Source: Nitrospira japonica
GTDB lineage: Bacteria > Nitrospirota > Thermodesulfovibrionia > Thermodesulfovibrionales > SM23-35
Length of the DNA stretch: 27,014 nt
Assembly (NCBI GenBank): GCA_020725385.1
Contig: DYFC01000001.1
Coordinates: 1 to 27,014 of the forward strand
Direction: 5' to 3'
The position numbers were made by a program, and so were the translations under genes. The notes beneath the pieces are model-generated. The model was not told the origin of the DNA, ran no database searches, and was given only the letters and a program-made list of their open reading frames with translations. Shown here piece by piece: positions 9,181 to 18,590 of the stretch; position 1 is the first letter of the stretch, and every line of letters starts with the position of its first letter.

Positions 9181-9366
9181 TTTAAAAACAATAAAAATAT
9201 AAAAAAGTTGTTTGTGATTTTTAATTATCAATTTTTAAAAGTAAATATATACAATTACTCAATCATAAATAGAGTTCTTAACTTAATTTAAGCATTATTA
9301 GAAATTTGATTACAAAAAATTTTTTTAAAAAACTTTTAATTATTAAATAAATATAAGGTTTTTAGA

Positions 9367-9648
9367 ATGAAAATTGTAAATTGTTGGGAATTTAAAAAAT
9401 GTGGAAGAGAACCGGGTGGTGATAAGGTCAATGAATTAGGAGTTTGTCCTGCTGCAATAGATGATAAATACAATGGTCTGAATAAAGGTAAAAATGCGGG
9501 ACGGGCATGTTGGTTAATGTCAGGAACTTTATGTGATATTAAAGTTAAAGGTAAAAGACATAAAAGACAATGGGAATGTACACAATGCTTTTTTTTTCAG
9601 ATTGTTAAAGAAGAAGAAGGAGACAATTTTGTTTATCACATTGGATGA
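9367..9648 (+). CDS. Stand-alone two-CW-domain Cys-rich protein
   Basis: NCWEFKKCGREPGG..CPAA..GRACW..GTLC..CTQC..VKEEEG pattern. Confidence 0.75.
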   Translation: MKIVNCWEFKKCGREPGGDKVNELGVCPAAIDDKYNGLNKGKNAGRACWLMSGTLCDIKVKGKRHKRQWECTQCFFFQIVKEEEGDNFVYHIG

Positions 9649-9683
9649 TTTATACCTGCATCCCATGCAGGATATATTTAGGC

Positions 9684-10244
9684 TCAACATGAACCTATAA
9701 AAATTGGTGCAGAAGTGGGAGTTTTGCCCCTTAAAACTTCTATGTAATGACTATAAGTCATGGGTTTATCAACTTTTAATAACTCGGCATCTATAACTTT
9801 TCCATAAAAAGTTGTATGAGTTCCACAATCAAATGTGCCGTCAACTTCACAATCTAAATAAGCTATAGAATTATCAATAATTATGGGTGCCCCGGATTTG
9901 CCTATTTTGTAATTTATTTCCTTAAATTTATCAAATGTTCTACCACTTCTGAATCCATACATCATAATAAATTTTTTAGGGGTATCTATTGAAAGAACAG
10001 AAACACTGAAAATTTTACTATATGTAATATATTCATGTGTAAGAGATTCTTTATTAATGCTTACAACTAATCTTGGCGGATTTGCTGATACCTGAGTTAA
10101 AGAACACGCAATTAAGCTATTGAATTTATCGTCTTTTTTAGAGCTTATTAGATAAATACCGGAGCTAATGAGGAAAAATACCCTCGGTTCTACCATAAGT
10201 TTATTTACAAGTGAACAAAAATCCCCTTCGACTGTTACTGACAT
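9684..10244 (-). CDS. Flavin reductase family protein (flavoredoxin/DIM6-NTAB-like)
   Basis: GIYLISS, QVSANPP, GFRSGRTFDKF, GAPII, GTHTTFYGKV, PMTY motifs and RBS GAGG upstream. Extends to 9678 if the TGA is recoded. Confidence 0.85.
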   Translation of the reverse strand: MSVTVEGDFCSLVNKLMVEPRVFFLISSGIYLISSKKDDKFNSLIACSLTQVSANPPRLVVSINKESLTHEYITYSKIFSVSVLSIDTPKKFIMMYGFRSGRTFDKFKEINYKIGKSGAPIIIDNSIAYLDCEVDGTFDCGTHTTFYGKVIDAELLKVDKPMTYSHYIEVLRGKTPTSAPIFIGSC

Positions 10245-10440
10245 ATTATCCTCAAATTAAAAGCAAAATAAAATTAAAATTAGCATGTTTTTTAATATTA
10301 TAAACTTTAATATAATATTTGTCTACCTAATGTAAACTAATATATTACAAAATTATTGTTGTAGAATTTGGTGTTGTGAATTAAAACAAATTATATGCTT
10401 TGAATTATGTGTAAGGTTATTTTGTGAAAACTTTTGAATA

Positions 10441-10481
10441 AAAAATCCCCACAAATGTAAATTTTACAAGTATGGGGATTT
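10441..10481 (-). terminator. Intrinsic terminator downstream of the second MerR gene
   Basis: Minus strand AAATCCCCA...TGGGGATTT stem running into a T-tract. Confidence 0.7.
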
Positions 10482-10493
10482 ATGTCATAAATA

Positions 10494-10976
10494 TTAGAAT
10501 TCTCTCAATCTACCATTGCCGTTGCCGCCATTTTTACCATTTCCTTTATTGCTCTTTGATAGGAAGACAACACAATCTTCGCAACCTTCATTAGATTTGC
10601 GATTGCAAAACATTTTATTCAATTCCCAGCATGGTTTAGTTCTGTCAATGTAAGCTTGACATTCATTTTTTCTACCAGCAGGGCAGTCTGTTATTTCATA
10701 ACATGGCGCATATTCAAGAAGCTTCTTAATGCCTTCAATGCTAAATTTTTTGTCATGAATTAAATCCCTAAGGCACATTAGCCATCTCACATCATTTTCT
10801 GAATAAAATCTGTTTTTATTTTTTCGTGATGGCTTTATTAAACCATGTTTTTCATAGAGCCTTAAAGTTTGATTTGTTGTCCCGACTAAGTCAGCTACTA
10901 CACCAATTGTGTAAAGTGGTAAATTGCTTTTTTCTGTTCCGATAACCATTTCAAGTTTTTTCTTTGTTTTCCCCAT
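10494..10976 (-). CDS. MerR-family regulator with a Cys-rich CW tail, paralog of 709..1143
   Basis: YTIGVVADLVGTTNQTLRLYEKHGLIKPSRKNKNRFYSENDVRWL; tail CYEITDC..CQAY..PCWE..C..CEDC. Confidence 0.85.
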   Translation of the reverse strand: MGKTKKKLEMVIGTEKSNLPLYTIGVVADLVGTTNQTLRLYEKHGLIKPSRKNKNRFYSENDVRWLMCLRDLIHDKKFSIEGIKKLLEYAPCYEITDCPAGRKNECQAYIDRTKPCWELNKMFCNRKSNEGCEDCVVFLSKSNKGNGKNGGNGNGRLREF

Positions 10977-11234
10977 GAATAATAACTCCCTTACATGTAA
11001 TTTTTTAAAAAATATTTTAAAATATTTCGAAATAAAAATTGAATAGTAAATTAAATAAATTACATTATAATATTATATTTTACTTGAATATTATTATAAT
11101 CAATAAAGTGTTAATATTTCAATAATAAAAAATCTTTATTTGTAATTTATATTTTGATTCCTATTAATAATATACATCTTCTTACATATTTTGTGTTAAA
11201 ATTTATGTAAATTTTATAAGGAGCAAATTAATAT

Positions 11235-12965
11235 ATGAAAATGACAGGAGCTGAAATATTTCTTGAGTGTCTTAAACGAGAGGGAGTAAAGCATGTTTTT
11301 GGTTATCCCGGAGGTGTAATTCTAAATATTTTCGACCTGCTTTATGATGATAAAGATATTCAATTAATCCTCACACGCCATGAGCAGGGCGCTGTTCATG
11401 CTGCTGATGGATATGCACGTTCAACAGGCAAACCCGGAGTTGTTCTTGTAACATCAGGTCCCGGTGCAACAAATACTGTTACTGGAATTGCAACTGCATC
11501 AATGGATTCCATTCCTCTGGTTGTTTTTTCGGGGCAGGTACCAACAATGTTAATTGGTAATGATGCATTTCAGGAAGCCGATATTGTTGGTATTTCGAGG
11601 CCTTGCACAAAATATAATTTTCTTGCTAAGGATACAAAAGATCTATCAAGAATAATTAGAGAAGCATTTCATATTGCTACTACAGGACGCCCCGGTCCGG
11701 TATTAATAGATTTGCCTAAAGATGTTACAGCTTCAAAAGCAGATTTTGTATGGCCTGAAGTGAAAATCAGAAGCTACAATCCGACGTATGAAGGCAATAA
11801 ATGGATGATTACACAGGCAGCGCATATGATAGCAAAATCGAAAAAAGCTCTTATTATAGCAGGCGGCGGCGTTATTTTATCCGGTGGCTCGAAGGAATTA
11901 AAAGAACTTGCTGAATTCACAGAAATACCGGTAACAATGACCTTAATGGGACTTGGTTCTTTTCCGGGTACTCACAGACTTTCTCTCGGAATGCCAGGAA
12001 TGCACGGGACTTATTATGCAAACAAAGCTATACAGGAAAGCGATCTTTTAATTGCAATAGGAATGAGATTTGATGACAGGGTTACGGGTAAGATAGATGC
12101 TTTTGCACCCAATGCAAAGATAATTCATATTGATATAGACCCCACTTCAATAAGAAAAAATGTAAGGGTTGATGTGCCTATTGTTGGAGATGTAAAAAGA
12201 GTTTTAACTGTTCTGAATAAAGTCTTAAAAGAAGATATTAAAGAACAATGGACCGAAGTTCGAAGAGCATGGTTGAAACAAATAGATATATGGAAACATG
12301 AAAGACCGATGACTTATACATACAGTGATGAAGTTATAAAACCCCAATTTGTTGTTGAAAAAATATATGAACTTACAAAAGGTGATGCTATAATTTCTAC
12401 CGAAGTAGGCCAGAATCAAATGTGGGCAGCGCAATTTTACAAATTTGATAAGCCAAGAATGTGGTTGACCTCAGGTGGACTTGGAACAATGGGTTATGGT
12501 TTCCCTGCTGCAATTGGCGCACAGATTGCACATCCAAATAAGCTTGTAATAGATATTGCAGGTGATGGAAGCATACAGATGAATATACAGGAACTTGCAA
12601 CAGCAGTTATAAACAAATTGCCTGTAAAAGTAGCAATACTGAACAATCATTATCTTGGCATGGTAAGACAATGGCAGGAACTTTTTTTCAATGAGAGATA
12701 TTCTTACACGCATCTCGAAGTAATTCCAGATTTTGTCAAAGTAGCCGAAGCATATGGAGCAGTTGGCTTAAGAGCAACAAAACCCTCCGAGGTTGAGCCA
12801 GTTCTCAAAGAAGGCTTTAAAATAAAGAAGACTGTATTTATGGACTTTATATGTGACTGGAAAGAGAAGGTTTTTCCGATGGTCCCGGCAGGTGCTCCTA
12901 TTGATCATATGCTTTTTGAAGAGAAATCCGAAAAAGCGGAAAAGAAACTTAAAGCTGTTAAATAA
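11235..12965 (+). CDS. ilvB: Acetolactate synthase large subunit
   Basis: [36 protein letters not shown] and LGMVRQWQ motifs. Confidence 0.97.
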   Translation: MKMTGAEIFLECLKREGVKHVFGYPGGVILNIFDLLYDDKDIQLILTRHEQGAVHAADGYARSTGKPGVVLVTSGPGATNTVTGIATASMDSIPLVVFSGQVPTMLIGNDAFQEADIVGISRPCTKYNFLAKDTKDLSRIIREAFHIATTGRPGPVLIDLPKDVTASKADFVWPEVKIRSYNPTYEGNKWMITQAAHMIAKSKKALIIAGGGVILSGGSKELKELAEFTEIPVTMTLMGLGSFPGTHRLSLGMPGMHGTYYANKAIQESDLLIAIGMRFDDRVTGKIDAFAPNAKIIHIDIDPTSIRKNVRVDVPIVGDVKRVLTVLNKVLKEDIKEQWTEVRRAWLKQIDIWKHERPMTYTYSDEVIKPQFVVEKIYELTKGDAIISTEVGQNQMWAAQFYKFDKPRMWLTSGGLGTMGYGFPAAIGAQIAHPNKLVIDIAGDGSIQMNIQELATAVINKLPVKVAILNNHYLGMVRQWQELFFNERYSYTHLEVIPDFVKVAEAYGAVGLRATKPSEVEPVLKEGFKIKKTVFMDFICDWKEKVFPMVPAGAPIDHMLFEEKSEKAEKKLKAVK

Positions 12966-12991
12966 AAATAAAAAATAAAAAGAGGGAACAT

Positions 12992-13477
12992 ATGCGTCAT
13001 ACAATATCATTACTTGTAGAGAATAGGTTTGGAGTACTTTCAAGAATTTCCGGCTTGTTTAGCGGTAGAGGTTATAATATCGAAAGCCTTTCTGTTGGTG
13101 AAACAATTGACCCTGAAATATCAAACATGACAATTGTTACAAGTGGTGATGACCAGATTATAGAGCAGATTACCAAACAACTGAATAAGCTGATTGATGT
13201 AATTAAAGTTGTTGATATGACAGAACTCGATCATGTTGAAAGGGAAATGGTTTTAATAAAAGTTGCTCCCCGTCAGGAAGACAAGGCTGAAGTATTAAGA
13301 ATCGCTGAAATATTCAGGGGTAGAATTGTTGATTCAAGTCAAAGGACTTATACAATAGAGGTAACCGGGGATGAGAAGAAAATAGAAGCTTTGATCGAAC
13401 TGCTGCGGCCTATGGGAATAAAAGAATTCGTAAGAACAGGTAAGATAGCAATAGCAAGAGAAGGTGTAAAGAAGTAA
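12992..13477 (+). CDS. ilvN: Acetolactate synthase small regulatory subunit
   Basis: ACT domain [20 protein letters not shown] and [12 protein letters not shown]. Confidence 0.97.
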   Translation: MRHTISLLVENRFGVLSRISGLFSGRGYNIESLSVGETIDPEISNMTIVTSGDDQIIEQITKQLNKLIDVIKVVDMTELDHVEREMVLIKVAPRQEDKAEVLRIAEIFRGRIVDSSQRTYTIEVTGDEKKIEALIELLRPMGIKEFVRTGKIAIAREGVKK

Positions 13478-13485
13478 CGCACAAC

Positions 13486-14508
13486 TTATTTATTTAATTT
13501 CTCAATTATCTTTTCATACACCTTCCCGGCTTCAATATTATTCATGCATTTTAAATCATTACAGGTTTTCTTAAAACACGGACTGCATTGAACATCAGCT
13601 TTGATAATCGTATTATTTTTACCGTAAGGACCTGTCCTGACCGGGTCGGTTGGACCAAAAATAGCAAAAACAGGAACATTCAATGCTGCTGCAATATGCA
13701 TTGGACCTGAATCGTTTGTTATTAAAAATTTTGCTTTGCTAATTATTCCGGTCAATTCTTTTAAAGTAGTTTTACCTGTAAGGTTGATGGCTTTACCTTT
13801 TGAGATTTTTACAATTTCTTCTGCTGCTTTTGAATCTTTATCGGTTCCGACAATAATAGATCTAAAAGGAAGAAAAGATGCAAGAACGCCGAATTTATTT
13901 GGAGGCCATATTTTTGTTTTCCATCTCGCACCCGGTACAATTACAACATACTCTTCGTGATTGAACGTGAAATTCGTTAAAGTTGAATCAGTCATGTTGT
14001 AAGATAAAGGAAAATTTATCTCAGATATATCGCAACCGATAAAATCAGCTATTTTTAGGTATCTATCGACTGCGTGAATATTTTTCCCGCCCCGAACTTT
14101 ATGGGTGTAAAAATATTTACTGCCCTCTCTTGCTTCTTGAAAACCAATTCTTAATGGTGAATTTGTTGATAATGCAATAATTCCACTCCTAAGCAATCCC
14201 TGCAAATCTATAACCAGATCGTATTTTTGTTCTTTTAAAGCCTTTAAAAAGAATCTTATATCCCGGAAAGCATTTCCTGCCATACTAATCTTTAGCCATG
14301 AATTTTTATCAATTACCCATAATCTATCAATCATGGGATGTCCTTGAAGAATTCCTTCAAATTCTTTGAAGACAACCCAATGAATTTCAGATTCGTGAAA
14401 ATGTTTCCTCAAAATATTTAAAAAAGATAAACTGTGAATTATGTCGCCGAGAGAACTTGGCTTAATAATAAGAATTTTTCCCGGTGAATTTATTTGTATT
14501 CTTTGCAT
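13486..14508 (-). CDS. waaC: GT9 LPS heptosyltransferase (WaaC-like)
   Basis: KPSSLGDIIH, DLQGLLRS and NDSGPMHIAAA motifs. Confidence 0.75.
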   Translation of the reverse strand: MQRIQINSPGKILIIKPSSLGDIIHSLSFLNILRKHFHESEIHWVVFKEFEGILQGHPMIDRLWVIDKNSWLKISMAGNAFRDIRFFLKALKEQKYDLVIDLQGLLRSGIIALSTNSPLRIGFQEAREGSKYFYTHKVRGGKNIHAVDRYLKIADFIGCDISEINFPLSYNMTDSTLTNFTFNHEEYVVIVPGARWKTKIWPPNKFGVLASFLPFRSIIVGTDKDSKAAEEIVKISKGKAINLTGKTTLKELTGIISKAKFLITNDSGPMHIAAALNVPVFAIFGPTDPVRTGPYGKNNTIIKADVQCSPCFKKTCNDLKCMNNIEAGKVYEKIIEKLNK

Positions 14509-14513
14509 AAAAG

Positions 14514-16091
14514 TTAGCTTTGATAATGTATTTTTTGATTAAGTATATAGTTTGCCGCTTCTGTTAAATTCTTTGCAGTATAATCGGCATTTGGTGATTT
14601 TTGCAATTTCCCTGTCTGAACCAAAATAGCTTTTGAACCCGTAGCTTTTGCAAGCAGCATATCCGATTCTTTATCTCCAACAATATATGATTTCTTTAAA
14701 TCAATCTTATATTCAGCTCTTGATAGAAAAAGCATTTCAGGTTCGGGTTTTCTGCATGAACAGTGTTCTTCGGGAAGATGTGGACAGTAATAGAAATTAT
14801 CGAAACCGTATTTTTCAATAAATATTCTATTTATCTCTCTAACAAATGATTCATTAACAATTCCTCTGCCAATTCCGGATTGGTTTGAAATTCCGATAAT
14901 TTTAAAACCTTGTTCTTTAAGTTTCGAGATTGAATTTATATCGTCAAAAACATTAAAATCCTCATATCGATTTATATATCCTGAATCTCTATTTAGAGTT
15001 CCATCTCTATCGAAAAACACAGCGGGTCTGAATGGAAGTAATTTTTTGATTGCAAGATATACATCATCGGAAGTTATTGCATACATACAATTGAGATCAT
15101 TTTTGTCACATTCTCTTTTAAAGCACGGGCTACAAGATAATTCCGGTTTAATTACTATATTGTTGTTCATCAGGGCGTATGGTGGAGGACCTGTAAGGTT
15201 AGGGTCGGTTGAACCAAATATAGCTACCATTGGTGTTCTCACCGCATAAGCAATATGCATTGGACCGGAATCATTTGTTACAAAAACATCGCATTCGGAA
15301 ATAAGACTAATAAGTTCCCTCAGGGAAGTATTTCCTGCAAGATTGAGTACTATTTTACTGGAACGAAAATCTGGCAGAATTTTCTTATAAATGTCATCGG
15401 CAAGGTTAGTTTCATTTTTACTCCCAAAAATAAGAACGCTTCCTCCGGTTTCACTTATAAACCAGTTTATGACTTCAGCAAACCTTTCCGGAAACCATCT
15501 CTTTGCAGAACCATATGTTGCTCCGGGATTTATACCAAGTATAGGTCTCTTAAGGTTAAGTAATGTTTGCCTTGCAGAGAGTCTTTCTTCAAGCAGCAAA
15601 TTTATATAAGGATAAACTAAACCGGTTTTTATTCCGATATTTTCAAGAAGGTTAAGATAATAAAATATCTGGTGTTTTTTTTCATAATCCTCAGGTAGGG
15701 GAATTCTTTTTGTTAATAGAAACCCTCGTGCGTCTCTATTATATCCAATCCGTTCTTTAATTCCCGACAAAAAAGTGAGCAATGCTGCATCAAATGCATT
15801 CTGGAATAAAATGGCGCATGGAAAATTTTTTTTACGCAAGATATTTGAGATTCTAAATTTGCCGGTAAAACCTTTATATAGATCTTCGTAGAGAATTATT
15901 TCATCAATAAAAGGATTTTCCTCGAAAATTGCCGAGACCCAAGGTTTTACAAGTAAAGAGATTTTTGCTTGGGGCAACGCTTTTTTTAAAAAATGAATTG
16001 CAGGAAGTGTCATAACACTATCGCCTATCCAGTTGACACCTCTAACAAGTAAGCCCGTACAATTTTTATCGAACATTAGATATTTTAACAT
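14514..16091 (-). CDS. waaF: LPS heptosyltransferase II fused to D-glycero-D-manno-heptose-1,7-bisphosphate phosphatase (WaaF-GmhB)
   Basis: N-terminal NWIGDSVM, PGATYGSAKRW, NDSGPMH; C-terminal HAD FFDRDGTLN, SNQSGIGRG, CPH..CSCRKP, VGDKESD. Confidence 0.9.
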   Translation of the reverse strand: MLKYLMFDKNCTGLLVRGVNWIGDSVMTLPAIHFLKKALPQAKISLLVKPWVSAIFEENPFIDEIILYEDLYKGFTGKFRISNILRKKNFPCAILFQNAFDAALLTFLSGIKERIGYNRDARGFLLTKRIPLPEDYEKKHQIFYYLNLLENIGIKTGLVYPYINLLLEERLSARQTLLNLKRPILGINPGATYGSAKRWFPERFAEVINWFISETGGSVLIFGSKNETNLADDIYKKILPDFRSSKIVLNLAGNTSLRELISLISECDVFVTNDSGPMHIAYAVRTPMVAIFGSTDPNLTGPPPYALMNNNIVIKPELSCSPCFKRECDKNDLNCMYAITSDDVYLAIKKLLPFRPAVFFDRDGTLNRDSGYINRYEDFNVFDDINSISKLKEQGFKIIGISNQSGIGRGIVNESFVREINRIFIEKYGFDNFYYCPHLPEEHCSCRKPEPEMLFLSRAEYKIDLKKSYIVGDKESDMLLAKATGSKAILVQTGKLQKSPNADYTAKNLTEAANYILNQKIHYQS

Positions 16092-16113
16092 TAAAATACT
16101 AAACTATTTATAC

Positions 16114-16142
16114 TTGCTGTTTGCCTGAACAGAATGTATAAT
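16114..16142 (+). promoter_or_regulatory. Possible sigma70 promoter for the lapA-like gene
   Basis: TTGCTG (16114-16119), 17 nt, TATAAT (16137-16142). Confidence 0.5.
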
Positions 16143-16172
16143 CTAAATACATAAACTAAAAAGTGAGGATAA

Positions 16173-16424
16173 ATGTTTACATTAATTTTTCTTTTATTTG
16201 TAATTATAATAGTTGCAATATTTTCGGTACAGAATGCATTGCCTGTTGCTATAACTTTCTTTTTCTGGAAATTTGAAGCATCCCTTGCAATAATAGTTTT
16301 TCTATCGGCATTATGTGGTTTAATAGCAGGCTTGATTATTTCTTCATGGATGAGGGTAAAGACTTCAAGGAAAGAAAAAGAAGAAACGTCTCTTCCGGAA
16401 TCAGAAAAAAATTTAAATGTTTAA
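16173..16424 (+). CDS. lapA: LapA-family (DUF1049) small membrane protein
   Basis: Two TM helices with FSVQN..V.ITFFFWKFE.SLA. Confidence 0.75.
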   Translation: MFTLIFLLFVIIIVAIFSVQNALPVAITFFFWKFEASLAIIVFLSALCGLIAGLIISSWMRVKTSRKEKEETSLPESEKNLNV

Positions 16425-17038
16425 TATGCTATTTGGTTTTTCCCGATTAAGCCTTCCCGTATAACCTTTATCTTTTTATTAGTTACATCTACAATTGTTG
16501 AAGGAAGTGACCCGGTGGAAGTGCCACAATCGAAAATCATGTCAATTTCATCCCGGAAGTATTTAAAGACCGTGTCAGCATCTTTAGCCGGTGGAAGATT
16601 GGATAGATTTGCACTAGTTGACGTTATCGGGAAATCCAATGCTTTTGCAAGATGTAAAGCAAAAGACTCACCGGGAATTCTAACAGCTACTTTATTTGTT
16701 CCACCGGTAATAAGAGAAGATAAAGTTTTCTTAGCTGGAAGAAGTAAAGTTAAAGGTCCCGGCCAGAACTCTTCTATTAGCTTCTCCGCATTTTTATTCA
16801 CATATTCAGCAATTAAACGAAGTTGCTCTTTATTGCCAATGATCAAGGGTATTCCTTTTTCAGACGGTCTTTTCTTTAATTTAATAAGTTTTTTTAGTGA
16901 ATTTTCTACGTCATATTTAACTCCGAGTCCATAAAATGTTTCTGTCGCATAGGCGATAATGCCGCCTTTCTTGAGTATTTCAATTGCTATGTCTATACTC
17001 TCTTTGATGTTTCTTTTGTTAATTTTGATTACAGGCAT
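16421..17038 (-). CDS. tsaC: L-threonylcarbamoyladenylate synthase (TsaC/YrdC)
   Basis: TETFYGL, KKRP, FWPGPLTL, VAVRIP, TSTSANLS and PSTIVD motifs. Confidence 0.93.
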   Translation of the reverse strand: MPVIKINKRNIKESIDIAIEILKKGGIIAYATETFYGLGVKYDVENSLKKLIKLKKRPSEKGIPLIIGNKEQLRLIAEYVNKNAEKLIEEFWPGPLTLLLPAKKTLSSLITGGTNKVAVRIPGESFALHLAKALDFPITSTSANLSNLPPAKDADTVFKYFRDEIDMIFDCGTSTGSLPSTIVDVTNKKIKVIREGLIGKNQIAY

Positions 17039-17046
17039 TTAAAATA

Positions 17047-17811
17047 CTAACATATTTGTCCTCTGATTCCAATCTTAGTCTTTTCAGCCGGGATATTTTT
17101 ACCTGATTCTTCAACTGCTTTTTCAACAAGTTTTACAAGTCCGGTGCAACAGGGTACTTCCATATATGCGATTGAGACTGATTTAATATTGTTATTCTTT
17201 ATAATAGTCGTTAATTTTTCTCTGTAAGCTTCTGAATTATCAAGCTTTGGACATCCTATGGCAAGTGTTTTGCCTTTTATAAAATCTCCGTGAAAACCTG
17301 CATATGCATAAGCGCAACAATCAGCAGCCACAAGTAAATCAGCATCATTATAATATGGTGCCTGTAATGGTAGAAGGTGGATCTGAACAGGCCAGTTTCT
17401 GAGTTGCGGTTCAACTTTTAATTCCAAAGTGCTTTTATGTGTTTCAGGAGGTTTTATTGTCTGCGCCATGCTTCCCGGACAGCCACACGGGAGCGTGGTT
17501 TTTCGGGTATGCTCATGAGGTTCATGCTTTTTTTGAGCTTCTTCCATACGCCATACAGCTTCTTTCCCTTTTGTTTTTAAGAGATACTCTTTTGTAGCCT
17601 CAATATCAAAGGCTTCTGCCTCTCTTTCTTCAATTTTTAGCGCACCTGTTGGGCATTCACCTATGCAGTCACCGAAGCCGTCACAAAAATTTTCTTTGAC
17701 TAATTTTGCTTTTCCATCCACAATCTGTAAAGCTCCTTCAGAACATGCACTTACACAATTGCCACAACCATCACATAATTCTTCATTAATTGTAATAATT
17801 TTTCTTTTCAT
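17047..17811 (-). CDS. 2x[4Fe-4S] ferredoxin-domain protein with a Cys-rich C-terminal domain (FrdX-like)
   Basis: CDGCGNCVSAC, CDGFGDCIGECP, GCPGS, NWPVQI, AADC, GCPKLD, MEVPCC. Confidence 0.8.
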   Translation of the reverse strand: MKRKIITINEELCDGCGNCVSACSEGALQIVDGKAKLVKENFCDGFGDCIGECPTGALKIEEREAEAFDIEATKEYLLKTKGKEAVWRMEEAQKKHEPHEHTRKTTLPCGCPGSMAQTIKPPETHKSTLELKVEPQLRNWPVQIHLLPLQAPYYNDADLLVAADCCAYAYAGFHGDFIKGKTLAIGCPKLDNSEAYREKLTTIIKNNNIKSVSIAYMEVPCCTGLVKLVEKAVEESGKNIPAEKTKIGIRGQIC

Positions 17812-17842
17812 CTTAACCCTCCATTTAATTAGCCTTGGTTTT

Positions 17843-17884
17843 AAGATAAAACAAAATAAATGAAGAGTCTTTGACTTAAATCAA
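17843..17884 (-). promoter_or_regulatory. Crp/Fnr (HcpR-type) box and class II promoter
   Basis: Minus strand TTGATTTAAGTCAA (17884-17871) and -10 TATCTT (17848-17843), placing the box centre near -41.5. Confidence 0.75.
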
Positions 17885-17893
17885 TAAAGCGTG

Positions 17894-18562
17894 TTATCCG
17901 GAGAATAATTTTAATTTTTCAGGGTCTTTAATTATTATTGTGTTATTTTTTTCGGAGATGAGATTTTTTTGTTTAAGGAATGCCAGTGCTCTTGATAGTG
18001 TCTCAGGGATTGTCCCGAGAAGAGAAGCGATTTCTTTTTTTGAGCAGGAAAGATTGTAAATCAAGGCGCCACCTTCTTCAAAACTATTTTCAAGCAGATA
18101 ACCGGCGAGTCTTGATTTAATATCTTTAAGTGATAATTCTTCTATTTTTTGAACGAATTGCCTGAGCCTTCTTGAATAGCCGCTCATCATTTTAAATGCA
18201 AGTTCAGGGTATTTTCTGATTAATGAAAGAATTCCCTCTCTTGATATTCTTACAAGAACAGAATCTTCAATTGCCATACATGAAGCAGGATAATCCATTG
18301 AATCGAAAATTGCGGCTTCTGCTACAGTTTCTCCTTTACCATGAATATGCAAAGTATGCTCTTTGCCGTCAGGAGATAATTTGTAAATTTTAACTTTGCC
18401 GGATATAACTATAAAAAATGCAGATGCTTCCTGTCCTTCAGAAAATATTTGCTCTCCTTTATTTACTTTTTTAATTGATGCAAAATTAACGAGCAAATCA
18501 ATCTCTTTTTCCGAAAAAGAGTCGAATAAAAACGTTGATAAAAGGAATTTGCGTATATCCAT
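17894..18562 (-). CDS. Crp/Fnr-family regulator (HcpR/Dnr-like)
   Basis: cNMP-binding-like domain GKVKIYKLSPDGKE and HTH EIASLLGTIPETLSR. No FNR-type Cys cluster. Confidence 0.9.
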   Translation of the reverse strand: MDIRKFLLSTFLFDSFSEKEIDLLVNFASIKKVNKGEQIFSEGQEASAFFIVISGKVKIYKLSPDGKEHTLHIHGKGETVAEAAIFDSMDYPASCMAIEDSVLVRISREGILSLIRKYPELAFKMMSGYSRRLRQFVQKIEELSLKDIKSRLAGYLLENSFEEGGALIYNLSCSKKEIASLLGTIPETLSRALAFLKQKNLISEKNNTIIIKDPEKLKLFSG

Positions 18563-18590
18563 AATAATTATATAAGTTGTAAAATATTAT

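Noticed and set aside
9646-9681. UGA read-through of the two-CW protein using the same hairpin on the + strand
   Set aside because: The loop is CCC (no G), the UGA is not in a Cys-like context, and the domain is already complete.
10374-10440. Rex boxes (TTGTGAA half-sites)
   Set aside because: Only left half-sites match; no TTCACAA partner at 4-nt spacing.
10977-11234. ilvB attenuator or T-box leader, and TTACATA-N15-TATGTAA inverted repeat
   Set aside because: No convincing leader peptide or terminator; AT-only inverted repeats are expected by chance here.
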